Shown piece after piece: positions 24,400-37,239 of a stretch of DNA of 64,000 nucleotides. Made by a program: the position numbers and the translations under genes. The notes beneath the pieces are model-generated. The model searched no databases, had not been told where the DNA came from, and saw only the letters and a list, made by a program, of their open reading frames with translations. Positions within the stretch are counted from its first letter, which is position 1, and every line of letters starts with the position of its first letter. The stretch comes from Mobula hypostoma (lineage: Eukaryota): NCBI RefSeq assembly GCF_963921235.1, contig NC_086097.1:11222001-11286000 (forward strand), read 5' to 3'.

Positions 24400-25100
24400 T
24401 TTATTTATTTATTTAGAAATACAACACGGAGTAAACCCCTCCAATCCTGTGAGTCTGCGCTGCCTAGCAACCCATCTACTTAACACTACCCTAATCACAG
24501 GACAGTTTACAATGACCAGTTAGCCTACTAACTGGCTTGTCTTTGGAATGTGGGACCCAGAGGAAACTCACAGGGTCACGGGGAGAACATACGAACTCCT
24601 TACAGATGGTACTTACTTACTGCACGTTATGCCACTGGTGTTTAGGGCAGCAATGAAGGCTCCCCATCTCTGGCTATGTTCAAAACTTCCTTCATCGTGT
24701 CAGTAGCTTCTTCCTGGTTTTCACTACCGACAGTCATGCAAGTCTCAGGTGGAGAATCGGGAATACCATCACACCCAGATGGAGAAGGGTTCCTCACTGC
24801 TGTTTCTGTAACAATTTTGTTTTCCCAGTCGGGGTTTCGGCCCTGAGCTAAACCCCTGAACTTGGAGAACTCTTAGTCTGGTCTCTGTCCTTTGACCTGT
24901 TTGACACGGGTGATGCTACCAAGAGCCAAAGCATAAAGCCATGCATCCAGCCAACACAGCTCTCTGGGTTATTTGGGCACACAAGCCTCCAAACTATGAC
25001 AAGATTGTGGTCCTCTTGAAGGTTACAGACTATGCCAGAATTAAACTCTGAAATCTGACTCTCCAAGCTGTAATAACGTCATGCCACCTGCTATGCTACC
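24400..25100 (-). mobile_element. V-SINE interrupted by an RTE-derived element (about 24610-25020)
   Basis: SINE halves flank an insert with a (TAAG)n tail that is homologous to 49890-50290. Confidence 0.7.
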
Positions 25101-25814
25101 ATGATATATATGGGCTGATTGGCCTTTTGTCTACATTGTCAAAAGTAGATCTGGTAATTTGGACATGGTTTCCATCAAGAGAAATCCCAGAAGCATGTAA
25201 AATACAGCATCAAGCATTATACATTGCCTTTCCCAATTTCACAAAAGCCTTCAGCTCCATCAACCAAGAAGGATTAGGGAAAATTCACAGATTTTTATAC
25301 ATAAATAAATAGACTCCGTCTCTGTGAAAAGGCTGTTCAGAAACTTATTATAGATTTGTTTACATATTCCAATTGTTGAAGTAATGACACAATGATCGGC
25401 TCTGTTTGCTTTGCATTGAACCAAGTCAATATAAAAATCTAAAACCACTGTTTCACAATTGTTTTGCAATACATACATGATAGCATTAATGCACTTAAAT
25501 TTGCCGTTTCCTTTTTTACAATGATCTATTAAATCAACAATACAATCAGCTTAATATTAAGCACTGATAACAATGTTCTTTGATTGCTGTAGACCGAAGC
25601 CATACATTTTTTAATGTTTAACATTCCAAGACGGTTGTGGAAGTTCATTGGTATGAATACAAATAGCTCCAATAAGCAAGGAGCATTTCAGCTGCAGTTA
25701 TAACATGTGCCGTCCGATGGCAGTGCTCTACTCAATGCCTGCCAAAGGATCAATAGCACCACCAACAGGCACTTTGTAATACAACCACCATTTGAAAGTG
25801 GGAAATCCACATTC

Positions 25815-26250
25815 AAAAATGCTGGAGGAAGAGAAAGTTGAAACTAGAAGTACGTACGTGTCACCATATACAAACCTGAGAGTCATCAGCAGGTCAGGCA
25901 GCATCTATAGAAGGAAATGAGCAGTCAACATACAGATCAGTAAAGGGTCGCAGTTCAAAACCTCAATTATTCATTTCCCTCTGGTGATGTCGAGCTGCTG
26001 AGTTCCTCCAGCAATTTTGTGTATCCTGATGAAGGCTCTCTGCCCAACACATCAACTACTTATTCCTTTCCATTGATGTTGCCCAGCCTGCAGAGTTCCT
26101 CCAATATTTTTGAATGTGTTGCTCTGTATTTCCAGAATCTACACAATACCTTGTGCTTATTTTTCGTGTGTTGCTGTCTGAACCCCTGAATTCATCCAGC
26201 ACTTTTTTTGCATGTTGCTCCAGATTTCCAGCACATTCAGTCTCACCTAA
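25815..26250. mobile_element. Cluster of Penelope-like terminal repeats
   Basis: Repeated gctgctgagttcctccagca.ttttgtgt and gttgctccagatttccagca; CCTGATGAAGG at about 26025. Confidence 0.6.
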
Positions 26251-26732
26251 ATCCTCTCTTGGGTGTGTCAAGGTGATTGCCCACTTTTTCTTTGACTTTT
26301 TCTTCCTCACTGTTTTTAGATACTTTCTATTTGCCTTTAGGACAAGACATTTAACCAAGACCTCTAATGACCTGTCAGTTGGATGTAAAAGATCTCATCA
26401 CAATCCAAAGCAGGGCCAGAAAGTTGCCCTTCCTGCTCAGCATTGCCTTTTTGCTCAACAAGCATGTCTGCATCAGATTATCTGGATCCCAGCGTTAATA
26501 ACCAGGGCATCTATTTCAACCATACTAGTTCAGAACCAGGATAAGTAATTACTTTGGCGAATAATTACAAAGTCATTATTTTATTTTTATAATCTTGGAC
26601 CATGGGTGTCGTTCCTTAATGACCCCTAGGCTTTGGTATTCAACATCACCATATTTTGAGTTTCCCCAAGATTAACTAGCTGTTTCAACCACAGGACGTG
26701 AATTAAAATCAGAATCAGAATCAGAAACAGAA

Positions 26733-27850
26733 ACGGCATCTGTTAGTCTCATGAGACCATGGATTTGTGCCTTGGAGGGTTTCCAGGGCCCAGGCCTGGG
26801 CAAGGTTGTATGGAAGACCAGCAGTTGCCCATGCTACAAGTCTCCCCTCTCCACGCCACCGATGTTGTCCAAGGGAAGGACATTAGGATCCATACAGCTT
26901 GGAACCGGTGTCGTCTGTTACGAGAATACACATAAAATTAAGATGTTTGCTGGCCTGGGCTAGCATCAGTGGCATCAGCAGTTGGTCTGCCACCTGCCCT
27001 CAGGGGAAGGAGAGATAAGGAACAATGGAGCAGCGTCTGGAGATGTGTAATGAAGGGATGTGGGAGAGAGAGCTGTCTGGAGCGGCTCCCCCCTTTGAAC
27101 CCTGAACTGTTTGAAGTGATGGACAGGCGATACCCCAGCAGGGGGATAAAAAGGGACAGGTTCGCTAAGACAGAGACACACGCCACCCGAGGTAACGAGA
27201 CCCTGGAAGCGGTGCGCCTCTCACGAGTGGTGAGAAGTACCGGACAACGCACAGGGTGGAAAGGTACGATCAGCGGGAACCCGGTGTGTGTCCGCCCTTG
27301 CCTGGGTGCCGGGTTCACTGCAGAGGATCGACCGCATCTGGAGGAGGGGTCACAGTCGGTGACCTCAGGTGACATCACCAAGGACCCGCCCAAAAGTTGC
27401 TCGTGAGCAATCTCGCTGGTCTGTGAGTGAAGCTGTGCTGAATGATGAGTTATTCTCTCTGTCTCTCTTCCCCCACCTTGTCCATCGCCATGGCAACGAT
27501 TACTGCGAACTGAACTTTGAGTCATTTTGAAATTGGTCATTTACCCCTAGACAACGATAGAGCTTGATTGATGCTGTTATCTTAATTCTGTGCACATGTG
27601 TGGTTATCATTGTTGAATTGTTGCATTTATTATCCTTTCGATTACTGTGTTGCTTGTTTCTTTAATAAAACTTTCTTAGTTCTAGTACTCCAGACTCCAA
27701 CTGAGTGATCCATTTCTGCTGGTTTGGCAACCCAGTTACGGGGTACGTAACACGTCGCAGAGCAATGTGTGGTTAAGGGCCTTGCTCAAGGACACACACG
27801 CTGCTTCAGCCAAGGCTTGAACTAGCGACCTTCAGATCACTAGACGAACG
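26733..27850 (-). mobile_element. tRNA-derived MetaSINE-like element split by a solo LTR
   Basis: Intact copy at 35943-36222. The minus strand reads a B-box then gtgtccttgagcaagg.ccttaaccacacattgctc. Confidence 0.75.
26916..27752 (+). mobile_element. Solo LTR (Gypsy-like), 837 bp
   Basis: TGTTACG...CGTAACA termini, 4-bp TSD cgtc, GATAAAA at about 27145 and AATAAA at 27664. Confidence 0.9.
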
Positions 27851-27859
27851 CATTATATA

Positions 27860-28495
27860 TAGTATTATGTAAAAGTGTTAGGCACATAAATATACTGTAG
27901 CTAGGATGCCTAAGACCTTTGCACAGTACTGTATTTGTCAACATGGAATGGGGAGCGAGTTTGTAAATCTGGCAGGAGCAAAGGATGCTGGGAATGGCGA
28001 GGGTGGGATGTGGGACAGGTGACAGAGAAGGAATGCCAGGGGACACACCCAGCCCTGAGACACCCAGCAAGGTCTGAAGTCTCATTCTAAATAATTGGTT
28101 GATTGATCATTACAGAATGGCTCTCTGGTGCTTCCAAATCCCTCCTCTCTCTCTTTCTCTTTTCCCAACCATGATTCCCCCCTCTCCCTGCCCCTTCCCA
28201 CTCTCAGCCCACAACAGAGACTCCTATCAGAATCAGGTTTATCATCACTCATGTATGACATGCAATCTGTTGTTTTTTGCAGCAGCAGCAATACAGTGCA
28301 ATACTATATATATGCTTAAATTAAAAGTGCAAAAAGAGAGCAAAACTTAGTGAGGTACTGTACGTGGGTTTATTGTCCGTTCAGAAATTTGATGGCGGAG
28401 GGGAAGAAGCTGTTCCTGAAACACTGAGTGGGGGAGGGGGGTTCTTCCATCTGCTGTACCTCTCCCTTGATGGTTGCAATGAGAAGAGGGCATGT
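27860..28495 (+). mobile_element. Composite Tc1-like element, copy 2, running into a longer antisense Rex fragment
   Basis: Left mini-palindrome and cargo match 480-950. No right palindrome; Rex sequence continues to about 28495. Confidence 0.7.
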
Positions 28496-29059
28496 TCTAG
28501 TTGAATTTACCATCCTGATCTGTAAAAATTCCCTGCAAGTTTGGTTGGCTGTGAAACATTGGTCCTAAGGTCACTCGGAGGGCATGAGCTACATTATCAA
28601 ACTCATCGCAGGGCAACCCATGTGGATGCACAGAAGGAGGTGGATATAGTGTAAAAATAGTTGATGTGTAGGCAATTCTTGTCATGTGAGCGTCACACTC
28701 CGTGCCACACTACAGCATCACATTTTGCTGTCTATTTATATAACTTATTCTAGGCAAAGCTTCTGGCAAACTTTTTTTTTCCAAAATCCAGCAGAACTCT
28801 ACAGGAACAAAAAGTTTCAGATCCATTAATTAATCTTTCCATGTACAAAGTAAGGTTCTAAGCCACATCCTGAAAGGCAATTAACCTTTTATTGAACTCA
28901 CCTAGTGTTTACTTAATGTCCATCTGACTCAGACAGCACACACCCAAGCAGAAAGATCCCCCCGGATCTGGAAAGGGTTACCTACCTAGCAGTGAGCATC
29001 CCAAGTGGCAGTGATAAGGAAACCCTGCATTGATTTCCAGGGAAATAGGCTAGATTGAC

Positions 29060-30415
29060 GGAATTGCAGTTCGTGCTGCTTCCTCATTGCTCTGGAGTCC
29101 TGTGGTTGAACTCGACTTAGGGTCCTGTTGCTGTGGAGTTTGCACGTTCTTTCCTGAGGCCATACAGGTTTCTTCTGGGTGCTCTGGCTCCTTCCCGCAT
29201 CCCAAAATAGACTGGTAGGTCTATTACAAATTGGGAAATTGGGCACCATGGTAGGGTAGCGGTCAGTGTGACACTGTTACAACTTGGGGGCATTCCAGAG
29301 TTCAGGGATCAATTCTGGTGCCATTCCGTAAGGAATTCTTGTATGTCCTCCCTGTGGAATGGGCAGATTTTCCCCAGGTTCTCTGGCATCCTCCCACAGC
29401 CTAAAAATGTTCTGGCTAGATTAATTGGTCATTGTGAATTGTTCTGTGATTAAGCTAGAGTTACCAGAGTTGTGGGGTTGCTGGGGTCTATGCTCACTAT
29501 TCTGCCTAGTCTCAACAATCAGCACCGGGACCATAGCCCTCCATACCCCTCAATCCATGTACCTATCAAAACTTCTCTTAAACATTGAAATCAAACTCGC
29601 ATGCACCACTTGCACAGGCAGCCTCCCACGACCCTCTGAGTGAAAAAGTTCACCCTCATATTCCCCTTAAACATTTCACCTTTCACCCTTAACCCATGAC
29701 CTATAGTTGAAGCCTCACACAATTTCAGTGAAAAAAAAGACTACTTGCGTTTATTCTACCTATATACCTCATAATTTTGTATATCTCTATCAAATCTCTG
29801 ATCAATCTTCTACATTCTGAGGAATAAAGTCCTAACCTGTCCAACCTTTCCCCATACCTCAGGTTGAAAGACAAATGCACAGGTAAATGGCTAGGAAAGG
29901 TTAATGGGTGCAGTGCAGACAAATGGAACCTATTAAAATGAGCATGGACCCATTGGGCTTAAGGGGCTGATGATCTGATGTGGGACAACTCTATAACTCT
30001 AATGGCACACTGGGACTAGCAGCAGGTGAATTTAGAAATGAAGAGAAGGCAGGTCAGTGAAGCTGCAGTACATGACTACATGCATGACAAACAGAAAAAA
30101 ACCCAGCACATTATCGACAGACCTAAGTAACCCCACAATCAAAGGGCCTACAGTGCCACCACACCAGGCCAGGGATGGTTTTGTTTTGTTGTGTTGAGAT
30201 ACAGCCCTTCCGAGCCCGCCAGCAATCTCCCAATATAATCCCAGTCTGATCACAGACAATTTACAGTGACCAATTAACCCACCAACTGGTAGGTCTCTGG
30301 ACTGTAGGAGGAAACCCACACGGTGACGGGGAGAACATACAGGCAGTGGTGGGAATTGAACCTGGGTCGCTGGTCCTGTAAGGTGTTGTGCTAACCACTA
30401 CGCTACCATGTCACC
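29060..30415. repeat. Cluster of V-SINEs and CR1 3' fragments
   Basis: V-SINEs at about 29060-29240 (+), 29243-29515 (+) and 30190-30415 (-). CR1 (-) at 29530-29865 (YGERLDRLGLYSSECRRLIRDLIEIYKIM). Confidence 0.65.
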
Positions 30416-30639
30416 CCACTGTAGTGGACAAATAAAAACAACCAACAGGAGGATGAGGTCCCAAGTGCGTTCCCATCCTCAATGATGACAAGGCCGTTAG
30501 CAGAGCTAAAGAAGTCACAACTAGTTTTCAACCAGAGGTATCAAGTCCTTCTTGGCTCCCCCCTGAGTGCCTTTAACCCCTTCACTGAAGCCAGTCTTCA
30601 GCTAATTTGATTCATTCCACTTGATATTAAGTAATGACG

Positions 30640-31110
30640 GAGAGGATTGGTTACAGTAAAGACCTCTGGGGCCAGGCAATCTCCCAGATGAAGCACTGAT
30701 GACCTGTACTCTACAACCAGCTGCACTTCCAAACAAACTGTTCTGGTACAGTGACAAAACTGGCATCTACCTGACACGGTGGAACATTTTCCAGGCATGT
30801 CCTGTTCACAGAAAAAAAAAGTCCAACTAATTACTACCCAATCCATTTACTCTCAATAATCAACAAAGTACAGGAATCTGCCTTCAATAGTTCTAGTGAC
30901 CAGTGCTTAGTCACCATTAACTTACTTACCGATGCCCAGTTTGGTGGTCCTTGGAATCACTGAGCTCCAGATATTGCCACATCCTTATTCTGAACAGGGA
31001 TAAACAAGTAGAGTTCCAGAAGTGGGGTAAGAATGACTTCGTGCTTGACATCAAGGCAGCATTTGACCAAATGGCATCAAAGAGAAACCACTTCTAGTGA
31101 TTGGCGTCAT
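30640..31110 (+). mobile_element. Highly decayed L2/Crack-like RT fragment
   Basis: Residual motifs KLF.YS.KTGIYLT.W.I.QACPVH.K, NYYPI.LLSIINKV and LDIKAAFD. Confidence 0.6.
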
Positions 31111-31514
31111 GTGTCAAATGCCCGGGTAATCTGATGCAGCCATGCTCGTTGAGCAAAAAGGCAATGCTGAGCAGGAAGGGCAACTTCCTGGCCCTGCTTT
31201 GGATTCTGATGAGATCTTTTACATCCAACTATCAGATCAGTAGAGACCTTGGTTAAATGTAGTGGGTTTGGACCTGTACCTCACGGTAAAGCCCTCCCAG
31301 TGGTACATGGAGCTTAGAAAAATAGAGGGCTATGGGCAACCCTAGGTAATTTCTAAGGTAAGGACATGTTCGGCACAGCTTTGTAGGCCAAAGGACCTGT
31401 ATTGTGCTGTAGGTTTTCTATGCTTCTGTGCTTTTATGTTTCAACCATTGAGCACATCTACACAAAACATTGCCGTAGGAAAGCAGCATCCATCATCAAA
31501 GATCCCCACCACAC

Positions 31515-31815
31515 AGTCTAGGACCAGAAGGCACAGCCTCAGGATAGAGGGGACCTACTTAGAACAGAAATGAGAAGGAATTTCCTTAGTCAGAGAGTGG
31601 TGAATCTATGGAATTAATTGTCACAGACAGCTGTGTAGGCCAAGTCATTGAGAATTCTTAAAGTGGAGATTGATGGGTTCTTGTTTAGTAAGGACATCAA
31701 AGGTTACGGAGAGAAGGTAGGAGAATGGGGTTTAGGGTAGTAATGAATCAGCCATAAGGGAATGGCAGAGAAGACTCAATGGGCCTAATGGTCTCATTCT
31801 GTTCATATGTCTTAT
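31515..31815 (+). mobile_element. CR1 3' fragment
   Basis: RTEMRRNFLSQRVVNLWN motif and 3' UTR. Confidence 0.8.
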
Positions 31816-32033
31816 GGAGCAATGTCTTAGACCCAACTACCTTCAGCTGCTCAATTAACAACTTCTGAAAACCCACATGCAATGTTTCAGTAATAGCTGC
31901 CTGCCCTCTGCCATCAGATTTCTGAATGGTCCATAATCCCATAAACACCACCTCACTTTTTCCTTTTTTTGTACTTATTTTTATTGTCTTGCAACCTGCT
32001 GCTGGTACAAAACAGCAAATTATACAACACGTG

Positions 32034-32680
32034 TTTATAGCGAGAGGATTCGAGTACAGGAGCAAGGAGGTACGACTGCAGTTGTACAAGGCCTTGGTGA
32101 GACCACACCTGGAGTATTGTGTGCAGTTTTGGTCCCCTAATCTGAGGAAAGACATCCTTGCCATAGAGGGAGTACAAAGAAGGTTCACCAGATTGATTCC
32201 TGGGATGGCAGGACTTTCATATGAAGAAAGACTGGATGAACTGGGCTTGTACTCGTTTGAATTTAGAAGATTGAGGGGGGATCTGATTGAAACGTATAAA
32301 ATCCTAAAGGGATTGGACAGGCTAGATGCAGGAAGATTGTTCCCGATGTTGGGGAAGTCCAGAACGAGGGGCCACAGTTTGAGGATAAAGGGGAAGCCTT
32401 TTAGGACCGAGATTAGGAAAAACTTCTTCACACAGAGAGTGGTGAATCTGTGGAATTCTCTGCCACAGGAAACAGTTGAGGCCAGTTCATTGGCTATATT
32501 TAAGAGGGAGTTAGATATGGCCCTTGTGGCTACGGGGATCAGGGGGTATAGAGGGAAGGCTGGGGTGGGGTTCTGAGTTGGATGATCAGCCATGATCATA
32601 ATAAATGGCGGTGCAGGCTCGAAGGGCCGAATGGCCTACTCCTGCATCTATTTTCTATGTTTCTTTGTTTCTATGATTCT
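32034..32680 (+). mobile_element. Young CR1 3' fragment, same subfamily as 11341-13488
   Basis: Open frame FIARGFEY...GKAGVGF* with a tatgtttc tail. Nearly identical to the reverse complement of 11341-11975. Confidence 0.95.
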
Positions 32681-33029
32681 TCCATTCCAAAGACAAAAGT
32701 GGGAGATGGTTGCACAACATTAAATTCCTTCACAAATGGAAACTCCATGTCGCATGAATTCGGATTTGAAAATTCTACATCAGCCCTTCACCATTCTGAA
32801 CCCCGTATCCAATGGTAATCTGGATTGCAAAAGTTGAAGAAGGTGCTCAATATCACCCTCTCGAGGGCAATTAGATATGAGCAATACCCAGGTCCCAAAA
32901 GAACAAATTTATCTTTTTAAAGTGAATTGAATGCAGATCATGTTGTGCAGCCTCCAATGATTCATTACAAGGAAATAGCACCTATTTTACAGATGGTTTA
33001 GGACTTCAAACTTCTTTCCAAATATCTCA

Positions 33030-33600
33030 GGGGAGCATTGAGGGAGAGATGCGTTGTTGGTGGTGCTGTCTTTCAGATGAGACTTTAAGCCCAGTTGTCT
33101 CCTCCCTTCTTCTTCTTCAGCCCTTCACCCATAGGCCACCAACAGAGTTTTCTGTCTTGGGCTAATAGAACGTTAACCAGCTTTGTGGCTTCTGCTTTTC
33201 CCCACATGGCTTCAGACATCTTCTAAGCAAAGATCCTTTCTCTCCCAGGGAAGAGATCTTCAGAGGTTTTGCATGAGTTTCTGTGGTTCTGGTTTTTATA
33301 GGATGGGGTTGTTAGCCCCACGCCCAAAATTCCTCCTTTAGAAGTTGGGCTTGGGACAGTTCATGGTAGAGTTATCGCTCAAGGATATGTAAAAGATTCA
33401 ATAGCTAAATTTCCATTAAGTCCTGAGGTATTCTCCCTGGCAACTTATCGAATATTTATTTGACAAACAACACAAAAATGCTCAGTTCTCCATTGCTGAA
33501 TTCACATGTTTTGCAGACACTTTCACTATGTTGAAGTTGTAACTTCAAAGGAGTACTTCGTTGGCAGGTAATCACTTTGACAGATTAGAGTTTAAAAGTG
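33030..33600 (+). mobile_element. Ancient DeuSINE (SacSINE1-like) remnant interrupted by an RTE-like piece (about 33105-33370)
   Basis: tgagggag...g.tg.tgg.ggtgctgtctttcagatgagac.ttaa followed by atgtaaaagat.c.at.gc, matching the recalled Deu domain. Confidence 0.6.
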
Positions 33601-33734
33601 CTACACAAGTCCATGTCTTTTTATTCCTTCTATGATTCCTCCCTGACCATAATCTCTAATCACAAAAAAGCTCCTAAATCTAGGCCTCTCTGCCTCCCTT
33701 TGCAACTGGACCCTAAGCTTCCTCACCAGGAGAC

Positions 33735-35195
33735 CATAATTAGTGTAGATCAGAAATAACATCTCCTTGCTGGCAATCAACACTGGCACACCTTAAGGAT
33801 GTGTGCTTAGCCCACTGGCCTATCTCACTCTACATGCATGATTGTGTGGCTAGGCACAGGTCAAATGTCACCTATAAATTTGCTGACAATGCAACTATTG
33901 TTGGCAAAATTTCAGATGGTGATGAGGAGGTGTACTGAAGTGAGATAGATCAGCTTGCAGAGTGGTGTCACAGCAACAACGTTGAGGAGAATTGGCATGT
34001 CATCAAAGACACTCTCAAGTTTCTACAGATGTACCATGGAAAGCAATATAACTGGTTACATCGCCATCTGATATTTTTAGATTATGAGAACACTCAGTCC
34101 TCTTTTATTGTCATTTAGAAATGCATACATGCATTAAGAAATGGTATAATGTTTCTCCAGAGTGATATCACAGAAAACAGGACAAACCAAAGACTAACAC
34201 TGACAAAACCACATAATTATAACATATAGTTACAGCAGTGTAAAGCAATACCATAATTTGATGAAGAACAAACCATGGGTGTGGTAAAAATAGTCTCAAA
34301 CTCCCGAGTCGATCGACTCCTGAGTCCCTGATAGCAGGCGGCAAAAGGGAGAAACTCCCTGCCATAAACCTCCAGGCACCGTCAACTTGCCGATGCCTTG
34401 GAAGCAGCCGACCACAGCCGACACTGAGTCCATCCATCCAAAAACTTCGAGCTTCTAACCAGCCTCTCCGATACAGTCTCCTGAGCGCCATCCTCTGCCG
34501 AGCGCCTTCGACCTCACCCCAGCCACTGAAACACGCAAAGCCGAGGATTTTGGGGCCTTCAGCTCCGGAGATTCCAGTTACCACACAGTAGCAGCGGCAG
34601 CGAAGCGGGCATTTCAGAAGTTTTCCAGATGTTCCTCCGTACTCTCACATCTGTCTCCATCAAATCAGAATTGTGCATGGTCCCCTACTTGACAGATTAC
34701 GGACATCATCACCGAAGTGGCCACGCGCGCTGCTGTCTTCTCCATCTTCTCCTCCTCCTTTTGGATATGGAGAGGCCACAGCACAGGACTGGAAAAAGCT
34801 GCATAAAAATTGAAAACTCAGCTAGCTCCATCATGGGCACTTATCTGCCCAGCACTGAGGACACCTTCAAAAGGTGATGCCTCAAAAAGGCAGCATCCAT
34901 CATTAAGAACCCCCATCACCCAGGACATGCCTTCTTCTCACTGCTACCATCAAGGAGGATGTACAGGAGCCTAAAGGCACACACTCAACATTTAAGAAAC
35001 AGCCTCCTCCCCTCCACCATCAGATTTCTGAATGGACATTGAACCGATGAACACTTCCTCAGTATTTTCTGTTACTCTGTTTTTGCATTACTTATTGTAA
35101 TTTATAGTTTTTATGATTATGTATTGCAATGTACTGCTGCCACAAAAGCACAAATTTCACAACAATTGCAGTGATATTAAGTCGGATTCTGATTC
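33735..35195 (+). mobile_element. Rex1/Babar fragment split by a non-autonomous element
   Basis: INTGTP.GCVLSPL, YKFAD and KAASIIKNPHHPGHAFFSLLPSRR motifs; gattctgattc tail. Confidence 0.8.
34075..34760 (-). mobile_element. Non-autonomous LINE derivative (about 680 bp; Rex-like head and tail)
   Basis: Reverse complement of 52050-52726. Starts GGAG.AGAAGATGG and ends AATAAAAGAGGACTG.GTGT.CTCATAATCTAA. Confidence 0.8.
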
Positions 35196-35942
35196 CTCCG
35201 TGTAGGTGGGAAATTAATGTCACCATTCCTTCAGTACCTCACCCACACTTGACATATAAGTGTGATATGTTTCTTGAAGACAAGGCTTAACATCTGTCAT
35301 TATGCACATTTTTGTCAGAGGTTACTTAAATGAAACTGGAAGATGGATGGATAGGTGAATTATACCAAGTCTGTGACCAACCACAAGCCCCATCCCTAAC
35401 ATTCACAGCTCCCATTCCACTTTTATCGGGACTATCTTAGGAGGACTTGCATCATATTCAAAGTTCAAAATAAATTTGCTATCACCATATACAACCCTGA
35501 GATTAATTTTCTTGCATGCATTCACAGTTGAACAGAGAAATACTGTAGGACCAATGAAAAACTACACACAACGACTGACAAGCAACCAAGAGTAAAAATT
35601 GCACAAACTATGCAAATAAAAATTAATAACAATAATTATAATAAATAAATAAATAAATAATTTAAGAGCATGTGTTGTGAAGTCCTCGGAAGTGAATCCA
35701 TAGGTTGTGGAATCAGTTCACAGTTGAGGTGAATGTAGTTAACCACGCTGTTTCAAGAGTCTGATGGTTGAAGGATAATAACTGTTCCTGACCCTGGTGC
35801 TATGGAATCATGTACCTCCTTCCCACATCACCAGGCACAGGAACAGTTGTTACCCTTCAACCCTAGCCATTCCCTTTGGATTTACTCAATTAACTCTAGA
35901 TGCACTGGGTAACAGACGTGTAACCTTTATAGTCTATAGTAA

Positions 35943-36222
35943 AGGCATCCGTTAGTCTTGCGAGACCATGGATCTGCACCTGGAAAGTCTTCACTCTCCA
36001 GGGCGCAGGCCTGGGCAAGGTTGTATGGAAGACCAGCAGTTGCCCATGCTGCAAGTCTCCTCTCTCCACAACACTAATGTTGTCCAAGGGAAGGGCCTTA
36101 GGACCCATACAGCTTGGCACCAGTGTCGTCGCAGAGCAATGTGTGATTAAATGCCTTGCTCAAGAACACAACACGTTCCCTCGGCTGGGGCTCGAACTTA
36201 CGACCTTCAGGTAGCTAGTCCA
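35943..36222 (-). mobile_element. MetaSINE-like tRNA-derived SINE
   Basis: B box gttcgagcc, core gtgttcttgagcaaggcatttaatcacacattgctc and tail gactaacggatgcctttac. Confidence 0.75.
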
Positions 36223-37239
36223 TATAGTCTATATGACTGCTCTAAACAAAGCATCTACCAAGCAAACCATTTAAGAAATGAGCCTTGCGTTTTTTATGTG
36301 TTACTCTGGCTTTCCAGCATCACCACAATCTTTTGTATTTCTGTAGATCTTGCTAAAAATAACTCCAACGGCTATTGCAGACATTAGTATTCTGCAGGGA
36401 TACAATATCGGGAATAAGTACAGTTAAGCTTTCTCAGTTGCCAGATATTGTTTAGCATGGTATGAGTAGCAAAAGTAAGTTGTCTTTTTTTTCATTTGCT
36501 ATAATAGCATACCAGAGGTTTAGCATCTGGCTTAATGACAAGCATTCTGTGAGATCAGACAAGACACTTCAAAGAGACGAAAAGTACAAGCATGGAGTCA
36601 GATGCAGTACAGCCCCTCAGCGCCTGGGAACAAAGGCAACTACGAACTGCACATGGTCAGCCCTAACTCCAAGAGAGCAACACAAGGCACAGGATTCTAC
36701 AAAGAATGCACCAGAGATGAGTCCCAGGTGACCAGGGTACTAATTATTACCACTCTCACACACATGCTCTCAGGAGCTAATTAGTCCTTTAATATGCAAA
36801 TACATGCAATTGCATATTAAATCTGGATGACAAGAAAACAGCTGGCAACGAGGTATAAAGAAATAAATGTCCACCTCGGAAGAGGTGTTCTTTTATTGTT
36901 GAAGAGCAGAGGCAGTTAATGAGAATTCTGGAAGAGTGTATTAGTGATGGCTGAAGGGTTTGAGTGATACTTCTGTTACTCTTTTCTCTTTCTTAGGATG
37001 GGTATTCCTGCACCTTTACGATGTCCGGACTGTGAGTTCCCAGCTGGAGTCTTAACCTTGTGGAAGGGCTTTGCTAATACTCCCCATGTCGCAGCAGTGC
37101 ACGGAGCAGTTACAGCGGGGCAGTGCTGTTCCCATAACCCACTGATGAATCAGACTAAATTATGTGCTTACATCCTGGAGGATGATTCAGAATCAAATCC
37201 TCCTGACTCTGACGGAAAGGTGTGCAGTAATTAATTAGT

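Noticed and set aside
26938..27540. 200-aa and 145-aa ORFs
   Set aside because: They lie wholly inside a GC-rich solo LTR and are not preserved in the sister LTR.
30598..30846. Minus-strand acceptor and 82-aa ORF
   Set aside because: It is the antisense of a decayed L2-like RT fragment.
31926..32576. 216-aa ORF with a hydrophobic, signal-like N-terminus fused to a CR1 C-terminus
   Set aside because: The N-terminus is T-rich Rex 3' UTR joined in frame by chance to a young CR1 fragment. There is no evidence of domestication.
31748..32599. 283-aa minus-strand ORF
   Set aside because: It is the antisense frame of CR1 ORF2; the same peptide recurs at 11407 and 11818.
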